DNA of 64,000 nt from Eubacteriales bacterium (GCA_045645405.1 JAZRIQ010000025.1:7957-71956), one strand, 5' to 3'. Counted from the stretch's first letter, positions 19,324 to 28,117 are shown. Program-made: numbers and translations. The notes: generated by a model not told the origin, from the letters alone.

Positions 19324-21132
19324 ATGTTAAAGTTTGAAAACAAGGCATTAACAGACTCAAAGCTTATCCTTGATTGGATTGAGGAAATGGCTGAAATGGT
19401 AAATCCAGACAAGATTGTTTGGATTGACGGAAGCGAGGAGCAAACACAAGCACTTCGTGACGAGGCTTGCGCTATCGGTGAGCTTGAAAAGCTCAATGAG
19501 GAAATTCTTCCTAACTGCTACTTACATAGAACTGCAATCAATGACGTTGCTCGTGTAGAGGGCAGAACATTTATCTGCACAAGAACAAAAGAGGATGCAG
19601 GAAATATCAACAACTGGATGGACCCACAGGAATGCTATGCAAAGCTTTCCAAGCTTTACAAAAACTCCTACAAGGGCAGAACTATGTACGTTATCCCTTA
19701 TGCTATGGGACAGGTTGGCTCTGACTTTGCTAAATACGGTATTGAGCTTACTGACTCAATCTACGTTGTACTTAACATGCTCATTATGACAAGAGCAGGC
19801 AAGCACGTTGCTGAGGCTATGGGCGACGGCGAGGGCTTTATCAAGGGTCTTCACGCAAGATGTGGCATCGTAGAAGAAGATAGATATATCTGCCACTTCC
19901 CAGAAGATAACACAATTTGGAGCGTTAACTCCGGTTACGGCGGAAACGTTCTTCTCGGTAAGAAGTGCTTCGCTTTAAGAATTGCTTCATATCTTGGTCG
20001 TAAAGAGGGCTGGATGGCTGAGCACATGCTCATTCACGGCGTTGAATATCCAAACGGCGATACAAAATATATTTCTGCTGCATTCCCATCTGCTTGCGGT
20101 AAGACAAACCTTGCTATGCTTATTCCACCTAAGGCTTACACAGAAAAGGGCTACAAGGTATGGTGCGTAGGTGACGATATTGCTTGGTTAAGAGTTGGTA
20201 AGGACGGCAGACTTTGGGCTATTAACCCTGAAAACGGCTTCTTTGGCGTTGCTCCGGGTACTAACGACAAGTCCAATCCTAATGCTCTTGCAACAACTAT
20301 GAGAGATACAATCTTTACAAACGTTGGTCACGTTCTTGATAACAATACAGTATGGTGGGAAGGTCTTAACGACAACGCTCCTGACAACTGCATCAACTGG
20401 AAGGGCGAGAAATGGGATAAGGCAAAGTATGACAAGAAGGATAAGGTTAATACTTCTGCTGCTCATCCTAACTCAAGATTTACTGCTCTTGCAAAGAACT
20501 GTCCTTGCATTTCCAAGGAATTCGACAATCCTGCAGGCGTTCCAATTTCTGCTATCGTATTCGGTGGCCGTCGTGCGAAGACTGCTCCACTTGTATATCA
20601 ATCATTCAACTGGCAGCACGGTTCATTCGTAGGCTCAATCATGGCTTCTGAAACAACAGCTGCTGCTGCAGGTGCTGTTGGTGTTGTTCGTCGTGACCCA
20701 ATGGCTATGAGACCTTTCGTAGGTTACAACATGGGTGACTACTTTGCACATTGGCTTGATATGGGACACAAGATTCCTAACGCTCCAAAGATTTTCCACG
20801 TTAACTGGTTCAGAACTGACGATGAAGGTCACTTCATTTGGCCGGGCTTTGGCGACAATATGAGAGTTCTTGACTGGATTCTTGCAAGATGCGAGGATAA
20901 GGTTGACGCAAAAGAAACAGCTATCGGTTACGTTCCTTATGCTAAAGACATCAACATTGAAGGACTTGACGATATTACAATTGACACAGTTGAGGGTCTT
21001 CTTTCAGTTGACAAGGCTTCATGGCTTGAGGACGTTGAAAACATCAAAGCTTTCTATGCTCAGGTTGGCGATAGAGTTCCTGCTATTATGTACGAAGAAT
21101 TAGCTGCTCTTGAAAACAGACTTAACAAATAA
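19324..21132 (+). CDS. pck: phosphoenolpyruvate carboxykinase (GTP-dependent type)
   Basis: 602 aa with the kinase-1a loop FPSACGKTN and the overall GTP-PEPCK layout. Confidence 0.9.
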   Translation: MLKFENKALTDSKLILDWIEEMAEMVNPDKIVWIDGSEEQTQALRDEACAIGELEKLNEEILPNCYLHRTAINDVARVEGRTFICTRTKEDAGNINNWMDPQECYAKLSKLYKNSYKGRTMYVIPYAMGQVGSDFAKYGIELTDSIYVVLNMLIMTRAGKHVAEAMGDGEGFIKGLHARCGIVEEDRYICHFPEDNTIWSVNSGYGGNVLLGKKCFALRIASYLGRKEGWMAEHMLIHGVEYPNGDTKYISAAFPSACGKTNLAMLIPPKAYTEKGYKVWCVGDDIAWLRVGKDGRLWAINPENGFFGVAPGTNDKSNPNALATTMRDTIFTNVGHVLDNNTVWWEGLNDNAPDNCINWKGEKWDKAKYDKKDKVNTSAAHPNSRFTALAKNCPCISKEFDNPAGVPISAIVFGGRRAKTAPLVYQSFNWQHGSFVGSIMASETTAAAAGAVGVVRRDPMAMRPFVGYNMGDYFAHWLDMGHKIPNAPKIFHVNWFRTDDEGHFIWPGFGDNMRVLDWILARCEDKVDAKETAIGYVPYAKDINIEGLDDITIDTVEGLLSVDKASWLEDVENIKAFYAQVGDRVPAIMYEELAALENRLNK

Positions 21133-21145
21133 TTTGTATTAAATG

Positions 21146-21177
21146 AAAAATCACGCTCAATGAGCGTGATTTTTTTA
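21146..21177 (+). terminator. rho-independent terminator of pck
   Basis: Stem atcacgc / gcgtgat followed by TTTTTTT. Confidence 0.75.
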
Positions 21178-21227
21178 CTTGATTTATTGATTATATTGTG
21201 TTATACTCTTTATGAGGTGATTACAGT

Positions 21228-21689
21228 ATGAAAAAGCTACTAATTTTGATTTTAACGACACTCTGTCTTGCTTTTTCGTTTTTTAGTTGTGGTAGCGGCA
21301 ATACAATTCAGGCTACGATTGACGTAGCAAGCTCAAAGAATTTCAGGTGCGACGTTGAAGCGTCAACGCTATCCTTAAGCGAAAGCTTTACTTTGGGTGA
21401 AAAGGATGCTAAATATTTGTTTGAAAATTGTTTTAGTAATAAAGAAAAAGCGCAAAGGTTGAAGGCAAATCAAGTTGCAGTAGGTTCAGAATTTATAAAA
21501 ATCTATTTTGTCGGAGACTGTGTAGATAATGCGCCGGTTAAGAACGACAAGGCAGATTACGGCGGTTTTGTAATTTTTTCAAACGATATAGTTAGATTTG
21601 AGTATGACACAGCAAGTGAATACTATCTTTTTGAAAGCGGATTTTATAATTTTATAAATACTTATATGATACTTTTTGCAGATAGATGA
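21228..21689 (+). CDS. hypothetical lipoprotein
   Basis: Signal peptide with lipobox (LAFSFFSCGS). SD GAGGTGA. A TTGATT-17-TATACT promoter lies upstream. Confidence 0.6.
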   Translation: MKKLLILILTTLCLAFSFFSCGSGNTIQATIDVASSKNFRCDVEASTLSLSESFTLGEKDAKYLFENCFSNKEKAQRLKANQVAVGSEFIKIYFVGDCVDNAPVKNDKADYGGFVIFSNDIVRFEYDTASEYYLFESGFYNFINTYMILFADR

Positions 21690-21702
21690 TAATAGAATAT
21701 AA

Positions 21703-21739
21703 ATGCGTGTTATTTTTTGATAACACGCATTTTTGTTTT
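21703..21739 (+). terminator. rho-independent terminator of the lipoprotein gene
   Basis: Stem atgcgtgtta / taacacgcat followed by TTTTGTTTT. Confidence 0.75.
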
Positions 21740-21795
21740 CGGTTCCAGACAAGCCTCTGTTTGCTGTCTGTCCCCTGTCTATTTATAATAAAGGA

Positions 21796-21830
21796 AAACG
21801 CTCCAAGCCCGAAGGCCTGGAGCGCTTTTT
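21796..21830 (-). terminator. GC-rich hairpin with a cUUCGg tetraloop plus U-run (minus-strand terminator)
   Basis: Minus-strand RNA reads gcgcuccaggcc-UUCG-ggcuuggagcg followed by UUUU. It lies downstream of the 35-aa ORF. Confidence 0.65.
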
Positions 21831-21853
21831 AGTTAATTAGTTTTGCTAATTTT

Positions 21854-21887
21854 GCGACTCGAGGTCGCCACCCCCGAAGGGGGTGGA
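21854..21887 (-). other. two adjacent GC-rich hairpins in the 3' UTR of the small ORF
   Basis: Minus strand reads ccaccccc-UUCG-ggggugg, immediately followed by gcgac-cucga-gucgc. There is no U-run, so these are probably stabilising or processing structures rather than terminators. Confidence 0.5.
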
Positions 21888-21901
21888 TAATGATGGACGA
21901 A

Positions 21902-22009
21902 TTAGTCTAATTCTTCATCTTCGAACTCGCCCTTGTTGCTAGCTGATTCAGTGATAACGTCAGCAGCGAGAAGAACCATCTTTTCCATTTCTGGAGCTAC
22001 ATACTTCAT
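21902..22009 (-). CDS. unannotated 35-aa acidic peptide (MKYVAPEMEKMVLLAADVITESASNKGEFEDEELD)
   Basis: ATG at 22009 with AAGGAGG 9 nt upstream; TAA at 21902-21904. It starts 57 nt after the giant gene stop. The N-terminal half is paralogous to the ORF at 39600-39773. It falls below the ORF-track length cutoff. Confidence 0.6.
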   Translation of the reverse strand: MKYVAPEMEKMVLLAADVITESASNKGEFEDEELD

Positions 22010-22045
22010 TGAACAATACCTCCTTTGTAAATTCAAAAATATGTA

Positions 22046-22074
22046 ATTATATTTCTGTTATATTAATTAAGCAA
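22046..22074 (-). promoter_or_regulatory. possible promoter for the 35-aa ORF (TTGCTT-17-TATAAT)
   Basis: The -35 (plus-strand aagcaa, 22069-22074) overlaps the stop codon of the giant gene. The -10 (plus-strand attata) is at 22046-22051. Confidence 0.35.
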
Positions 22075-25000
22075 AATACTTAGCAATTGATTCGCCGTAG
22101 ATATAGATTGCCTTCATAAGGTCTCTAGCTTCTGCTGAATACGTTGCTTTTTCGTAGTTTCTTAATAAGAAAGTATTGATAGAATAAGTCAATGTATTAC
22201 CTACTTGAACGCCATCTCTTTCGAATGTTGCTGTAATTGTTTCTTCGTACTCGTATGATCTTACGCCTGGGAAGTAAACAACATATCTATTGCCATCTTT
22301 TGTTAACTCAGATGCCTTATAGAATGTATCTTGACCAGCAACAGATACCTTAACATATAAGCCTTCAAGGTTGTCTGTTTCAAACTTGAATACGCACTCT
22401 GTTGAAGCACCGAATGCAAGTGAAACTGCCTTCCATGCTGTACCGTCAGTTGATTTTGTTGTGGCTTGTTGATCTACTGCGTCAATAGTTGTAAATGCTG
22501 TTGGTGTTAATGTGTAGCCTTCAGCTGCTGCAAGGTCTGTTACAAGAGCATTTGTGTTAACGCCCATGTAAAGCTGTGTCTTTGCACCCATTACGAGGAT
22601 GTCAGACATTACAGTTGTTAATGCAGTATTATTAGCAGCCTTAGCATTCTTTAACTGACCAAGGATGTATTGAAGTACGCTATATGTTTCATACTTAACT
22701 AATGTGTATTCACCATCTGCTGTTTCACCGTAGAGGTATGCAGCAATGTTAGAAGCCATAAGTTGTGGTCTTGTTTCTGCAAAGTTGAATACATATCTAC
22801 CGGATGAAGCTTCAATTGTATATTCATCAACAATATATTCCTTGCCGTCAAATACAAATACTACGTATGGGTTATTGTAACCTGCTGTTACATGTACTTT
22901 GTAGTTAACAGAAATATTTTCTTGTGCAGAAAGGTTGATAGCTGCAAATCTGAATACTTTATTTACTGATGAAGAATTTTCCAATTCAGTAATGTTAACT
23001 TCTACCGGAGCTTTTGTAACTGTGCTACAAGCTGAACACTCGGTTCCTGCAGTATAGCCTACCGTTGAAGGTGTTGGAAGAACTGCTGGGATTTCAACTT
23101 CTGTATGGCCTGTTGCAGGAACAACAACGCTCTTTTGGTTTGTTACTTGTGTGCAATCTGCGTCTGTCCAAACATAACCACAATCAGAGCAGTACCAGTA
23201 TTCGATGTTACCGTTTGCTATACATGTTGCTGCAACTGCGTCAACGTGTGTGAGTGTATGTTTAGCGTCTTCTCTTGTTGTTTCGTGGCAAACTGCACAA
23301 TTCTTATCGCAATCGTAAGCGTAAGCGTGGCCTGCTGCAGGAACAATAACGCTCTTTTGGTTTGTTACTTTTGTAAGTTCTGCGTCTTCCCAAGCATAAC
23401 CACAATCAGAGCAGTACCAGTATTCGATGTTACCGTCTGCTGTACATGTTGCTGCTACTGCATCAACGTGAACGAGTGCATGCTTTGCATCAGTGTTTGT
23501 TTCCTGGAAGCAAACTTGGCATACTACATCACATGGATAGAAGTAGCTGTGGCCTGTTGCAGGAACAACAACGCTCTTTTGGTTTGTTACTTTTGTAAGT
23601 TCTGCGTCTTCCCAAGCATAACCACAATCAGAGCAGTACCAGTATTCGATGTTACCGTTTGCTGTACATGTAGCTGCCTTTGCGTCAACGTGTTCGATTG
23701 TGTGTGCTGCGTCAGGATTGGTTGTTTCGCCACAAAGCGCACAAACCTTATCACAAGCATATGTGTATTCGTGTTCGCAAACAACTACGTCTGCAAACTC
23801 AGCGATAAGAGCTGTGAATGGTCCGTCACCGTCAACGATAGCCTTAACTACTACTTCGTCGCCAGCTACTACGTCGATAGAAACTGCTTCAGCAAAAGCA
23901 ACTTCGTCACCGCCGTTTACGCTGTAAACGAGTGTGCAAGTACCAAATACTACGTCAGGTGTAAGTGTTAATGTGCCGTTAGCTGTTGCAATGTATGTGA
24001 ACATTGTGTTTGCTTCGATATAGTTGTCGCCGATTACGAGGTCAGCTTCAGCCATTTCGATGTAGTACCAAACTTCAACTTCCCATGTAGCTTTTTCTGT
24101 TGCTGTGATGTAGAATTCGATTGTTTCGCCTGCTTCGAGGTTAACAACTGCGAATGCACCTTCAGTGTTGCTCTGATAGTTAATAGGATCAAAGATTGGT
24201 TCTGCAAATTCATCAACATACGCCTTATCAGCTGCGCCTAAGCCTGCTGGGAAGAAGAATGAATACTGACCTGCAACTGCTGCTGTGTATGAATAGAGGT
24301 CAATAGCTGTGTATGTGTCTGTTGTTTCAGCATCAATTGTGCCGATCTTGTCACCGTAGTTGATTTCGATTTCAGGAATGAAGATTTCTTCACCTGTAGG
24401 AATCAATGTGATCATTGGACCAGCTTGGATGTTGCCTGTTGTTACGTCGAATGTTAAGAATGCAGGGAAATCAGATGAGAACATACCTGTCATTGGGTTG
24501 TACTCATAAGCATAAGTTGCATTCAAAGGATTGCCTGTTGTGTTTTCTGCGATATACATTACGCCGTTATAGAAAACAACCTTAAGTGCGCCGTCTTCTG
24601 TTGCGTAAACGCCGTCAACAGTAACTACTTTTTCAACTACGTTGTCAAATTCATATACTGTTTCATAAGTTTCTTCGTCTTCAACGAATGATACTACTGC
24701 TGTGAAGTAAGCGTTTTCTTCTGTAAGTGTTACAGTAGCTGCGCAACCTGCAAGAGCCCAGATATCTTCGCCATCAGTTGTTAAAGCAAGTGTATAAACA
24801 CCGTCTTCAACAGATTCAATTGTGTATGAGTAATATACGTCTAATACTTCGTAATCATCTGTGTAATAGAGGTTGATTGTGTTTCCGTTGAACATTACGC
24901 TATATCCGTCAGCGTCGCCCTTACCTGTGAGTGTGCCATAGAAGTATTCGTCTTGACATGCTTCACAAACTTGAAGTAAGCCGTTACCGGTTAGTTTATA

Positions 25001-27994
25001 ATCATGTAACCATGCGCTAGCAGGTGTGGTTTCTTCATAGTAATCTTCACATACTGTACATACATAGTAAGCATAACCGTCAACGATACATGTAGCTTCA
25101 ACGTAGGATTCTTCATCAGCTACGTAGTCGTGGTACATTTCGTTCTTTTCGAGAACTGTTTCCTTGTAATCCTCACAAAGTAAGCAGGTTTGTTCCATGT
25201 AACCGTCGGAAATACATGTAGGCTCTACATAAGTTTCCATATCGGTTTCATAAGAGTGACCGTTTTCTTTGTCAACAGGATAGATCATTTCTTTTTCTAC
25301 TTGACAGTAATCACAGATGAGCTTTTCGTAGCCTTCGCTGATACATGTTGCGTAAACTACTGTAGCCCATTCAGGCCAGTATGAGTGACCATTATCTGTT
25401 TCGTCAATTGGGAGAGATGCTTCGTAGCTGTCGCCACAAACTGTACATGTGTATTCAGCTGTACCTTCTGCTACGCAAGTAGGAGCGAGAGTAATGAACT
25501 CTTCGTAGTTGTGGCCGAGAGGCTCACCGTAGTATTCGTTACATACTGAGCAGAGTGCTTGCTCTGTACATGTAGCTTCAACTGCAGCAAAGTGACCGTT
25601 AGGTTCGCCGTAGGATTCTTCACATACTGAGCAGATAGCGCTCTCTGTACATGTAGCTGCAACGCCTTCCTTATGGCCTAATGCAGGGATTTCAGCGTAA
25701 GATTCAAGACCGCAAGTCTCACAGTATTCCATATATGAACCTGTGTAGATACAGTCAGGAGCAACATAGTCGTACTTTTCGCCGTCAGTAACGTGGTCGT
25801 GAACTGTAATCCAGAATTCCTGGAATGCACAGCACTGTCCCCAGTCGCCCTTAGCGTAAGTAACTTCGATTAACATTGACTTAGCCTTTGTAATACCTGC
25901 CAAGCCTGTTGCTTCTTGACGCTCTGAACCAGTTGTTTGGATAGTAAAGGACTGTGAACCAGTCTTATTACCTTCAGCGTCAAAGTATGAGATTGTTGCA
26001 TTGTTCCAGTTAGCCCAGCAAGAGAACTCTGTTGTGATTACATAGTACTCTTTGTCAAATGTAATTCTGAGCCAGCTTCCTGTAGGACCAAACCAACCGT
26101 TACCAGTTTGCTGTGTCCAAGTGGAGTCAACAACACCGTTGAAGAGCTTGTTAGGGTCAGAGTTATTATGCTTCTTATCGTTTGCATAGTACTCCTCAAA
26201 GTTGATGATATTGCTTGGACCGATAACAGTCATAGTTTCGCCCCAAGAGAGTTTAGCAGTTGTTTCTTCGTAGTAGTCACCACAGTTAGCACAGGTGTAT
26301 CCGATAAGACCTGTGTTAAGAGCGGTTGCCTTAATGATAACTTCGCTTTCGTAATTGTGACCTAAAGCAGGAATTACGTTAACCATATCGGTGTAAGTCT
26401 TGTCACAGTCTTCAACGCCGCAAGAGCCGTCACAAGCATAAGTTATGTAACCGATTTCTTCACAAGTTGCATCAACAACCTCGTATTCTACTACGTAGTT
26501 ATGCTGAATAGCTGTGATTGTTTCTTCACGTGTTAAGCCACAAACTGTACAAGTGAAGATCTTAATGCCGTCTTCTTCCTCAGTAGCGTCCTTGGTAACT
26601 ACGCCCTCGTCCCAAGTATGTAAGCCAGTTGCAGCAATAGGAGTTTCCTTTGTATCGCCACATTTTGTACAAGTGTAAACGATCTTACCGTCTTCGCCAC
26701 AGGTAGCAGGTGTTACAACACCCTCATTCCATGTACAGCTAATACGTTCGCTTCCCTTAATGTCAATTTCAGTAAAGGTTACTTGGAATGTGTGGTATCC
26801 ATTTAACCATCTTAAACGGTAAGCATTAGCTTCCATACCGGCGCCATTGTTGATTTGGAATACTGTCTTAATTTCCAAGCCAACATCTGAACCAGGAGCC
26901 TCATATCTGCCAACCTCTGTCCAAGTTACACCGCCGTCGTTACTGAGTTCAACAGCGTAGCCATGACCTTCTGCACGAGCAACGTACCAGATAGTTGTTT
27001 CTCTGATTAAGTGTAAATCAGCATAGAAAAGTGTGATATTGTAATTGGTGCTCCAGTATCTTGGAGCAGGACCGCCGCCCCAGCCTGTGTTACCTGTCTT
27101 GTTATCGAAAGCAGCACTAAATGAGTTGTTACCACCCGGGTTGTAACCACCGATAACTTTACCGTTTTCGTCTTTTACTTCTGCTTCGCCATAGTAGCTT
27201 TCTGTTTTGTTGAGGTCACCGAGTTCATAATCCTCAAAGCAACCGCCTACAAAAACGAACTCACAACCGGCATTCTTACATACCTTTGTGGTTTTATCAA
27301 AGTCGTGAAGCTTTGCTTCGCGAACTACCTCGCCACAAGCGTTACAGCTAACTGCTGTTGTGCAGTTGCCGTCGTCAGCGAAAGCATGTTCACCGTTTTC
27401 GCAAACGTGCTCATACATTTCAACTTCCCAGAGGCAGTTTGCTAAATTCTTGTTATGCATAGTAGCAACTTCTACCTTGTAAACGTCAGCCACTGTTGTC
27501 TCAAATTCAAACGTGAATGCTGTGTAAAGAACGTTACCGTCTGCGTCCTTAATCTGTTCAGCACCGCTTATAGCAAAGTCGTTCTTTTGCCAAATTGCCT
27601 TATCATTCACGTCATAAAGACGGAAATAAAGCTTATAGTTGTTTGTTGTCAAGGTGTCATAGATAGCTGCGTTGAAAGTGCCGTCATCGTTTTTAGAAAC
27701 GTTGTAGTTTGCACCGGTACTGTTTACAACTATTACTACCTTTGAAATGTCTTTTCCTTCTTGGAAATGGAAGTGGTAGTTAGTCCAGTTTTGACCGCTA
27801 TTACCGCCTGTACAAGCAGTATGATAGTCACCGTCAACTAACTTACTTAAGTCGAGAAGATCACTGGTGCTGTCTGTTTGCTTAACAGTGATGTCTTCTG
27901 TTGGTATTTTGTTATAGTTTGTTGCAAATGCGTTAAATGCAAGCACTAATGCGAACAACATAACAAATACGAACACTAATGAAAGTTTTCTCAT
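22067..27994 (-). CDS. giant (1975-aa) secreted protein alternating discoidin-like and Cys-rich modules
   Basis: Signal peptide MRKLSLVFVFVMLFALVLAFNAFA and SD AAGGAG. Three Cys-poor lectin-like segments alternate with H..TC...G...YxCxxC modules; I count 19 CxxC motifs. I did not recognise an LPXTG, SLH or dockerin motif. Confidence 0.85.
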   Translation of the reverse strand: MRKLSLVFVFVMLFALVLAFNAFATNYNKIPTEDITVKQTDSTSDLLDLSKLVDGDYHTACTGGNSGQNWTNYHFHFQEGKDISKVVIVVNSTGANYNVSKNDDGTFNAAIYDTLTTNNYKLYFRLYDVNDKAIWQKNDFAISGAEQIKDADGNVLYTAFTFEFETTVADVYKVEVATMHNKNLANCLWEVEMYEHVCENGEHAFADDGNCTTAVSCNACGEVVREAKLHDFDKTTKVCKNAGCEFVFVGGCFEDYELGDLNKTESYYGEAEVKDENGKVIGGYNPGGNNSFSAAFDNKTGNTGWGGGPAPRYWSTNYNITLFYADLHLIRETTIWYVARAEGHGYAVELSNDGGVTWTEVGRYEAPGSDVGLEIKTVFQINNGAGMEANAYRLRWLNGYHTFQVTFTEIDIKGSERISCTWNEGVVTPATCGEDGKIVYTCTKCGDTKETPIAATGLHTWDEGVVTKDATEEEDGIKIFTCTVCGLTREETITAIQHNYVVEYEVVDATCEEIGYITYACDGSCGVEDCDKTYTDMVNVIPALGHNYESEVIIKATALNTGLIGYTCANCGDYYEETTAKLSWGETMTVIGPSNIINFEEYYANDKKHNNSDPNKLFNGVVDSTWTQQTGNGWFGPTGSWLRITFDKEYYVITTEFSCWANWNNATISYFDAEGNKTGSQSFTIQTTGSERQEATGLAGITKAKSMLIEVTYAKGDWGQCCAFQEFWITVHDHVTDGEKYDYVAPDCIYTGSYMEYCETCGLESYAEIPALGHKEGVAATCTESAICSVCEESYGEPNGHFAAVEATCTEQALCSVCNEYYGEPLGHNYEEFITLAPTCVAEGTAEYTCTVCGDSYEASLPIDETDNGHSYWPEWATVVYATCISEGYEKLICDYCQVEKEMIYPVDKENGHSYETDMETYVEPTCISDGYMEQTCLLCEDYKETVLEKNEMYHDYVADEESYVEATCIVDGYAYYVCTVCEDYYEETTPASAWLHDYKLTGNGLLQVCEACQDEYFYGTLTGKGDADGYSVMFNGNTINLYYTDDYEVLDVYYSYTIESVEDGVYTLALTTDGEDIWALAGCAATVTLTEENAYFTAVVSFVEDEETYETVYEFDNVVEKVVTVDGVYATEDGALKVVFYNGVMYIAENTTGNPLNATYAYEYNPMTGMFSSDFPAFLTFDVTTGNIQAGPMITLIPTGEEIFIPEIEINYGDKIGTIDAETTDTYTAIDLYSYTAAVAGQYSFFFPAGLGAADKAYVDEFAEPIFDPINYQSNTEGAFAVVNLEAGETIEFYITATEKATWEVEVWYYIEMAEADLVIGDNYIEANTMFTYIATANGTLTLTPDVVFGTCTLVYSVNGGDEVAFAEAVSIDVVAGDEVVVKAIVDGDGPFTALIAEFADVVVCEHEYTYACDKVCALCGETTNPDAAHTIEHVDAKAATCTANGNIEYWYCSDCGYAWEDAELTKVTNQKSVVVPATGHSYFYPCDVVCQVCFQETNTDAKHALVHVDAVAATCTADGNIEYWYCSDCGYAWEDAELTKVTNQKSVIVPAAGHAYAYDCDKNCAVCHETTREDAKHTLTHVDAVAATCIANGNIEYWYCSDCGYVWTDADCTQVTNQKSVVVPATGHTEVEIPAVLPTPSTVGYTAGTECSACSTVTKAPVEVNITELENSSSVNKVFRFAAINLSAQENISVNYKVHVTAGYNNPYVVFVFDGKEYIVDEYTIEASSGRYVFNFAETRPQLMASNIAAYLYGETADGEYTLVKYETYSVLQYILGQLKNAKAANNTALTTVMSDILVMGAKTQLYMGVNTNALVTDLAAAEGYTLTPTAFTTIDAVDQQATTKSTDGTAWKAVSLAFGASTECVFKFETDNLEGLYVKVSVAGQDTFYKASELTKDGNRYVVYFPGVRSYEYEETITATFERDGVQVGNTLTYSINTFLLRNYEKATYSAEARDLMKAIYIYGESIAKYFA
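23107..23772 (-). repeat. three tandem in-frame 222-nt (74-aa) repeats inside the giant gene
   Basis: Copies start at 23107, 23329 and 23551, an exact 222-nt period. The first roughly 140 nt of each copy are near-identical and encode ...HVDAxAATCTA(N/D)GNIEYWYCSDCGYAWEDAELTKVTNQKSV(V/I)VPA(T/A)GH. Confidence 0.9.
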
Positions 27995-28088
27995 TTTTCT
28001 CTTTCTCCTTTAAAATTTTTTGTATTTTCGTATAATACAATTCGCTCCAAATTGGGCGTTTTTGGAGCAAACAATATTTTACTCTTAT

Positions 28089-28117
28089 AATATAGCACAG
28101 GAAATATTTTTTGTCAA
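28089..28117 (-). promoter_or_regulatory. promoter of the giant gene (TTGACA-17-TATATT)
   Basis: -35 is plus-strand tgtcaa at 28112-28117; -10 is plus-strand aatata at 28089-28094. It gives a 5' UTR of about 90 nt containing an 8-bp hairpin (28044-28068). Confidence 0.55.

Noticed and set aside
23107-23772. Regularly spaced near-identical repeats that might suggest a CRISPR array.
   Set aside because: The period is 222 nt. The repeats are contiguous with no unique spacers of CRISPR size, stay in frame in a long ORF and encode a protein module. No cas genes are present in the window.
23105-23971. 288-aa Cys-rich ORF on the plus strand (plus other plus-strand ORFs at 23065-23253, 23649-23927, 25190-25384, 26108-26365 and 27455-27745).
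   Set aside because: These are antisense shadows of the giant minus-strand gene. Their repetitiveness and Cys richness simply mirror the reverse complement of the 222-nt repeats (GCA/ACA codons read backwards). They have no SD or promoter.
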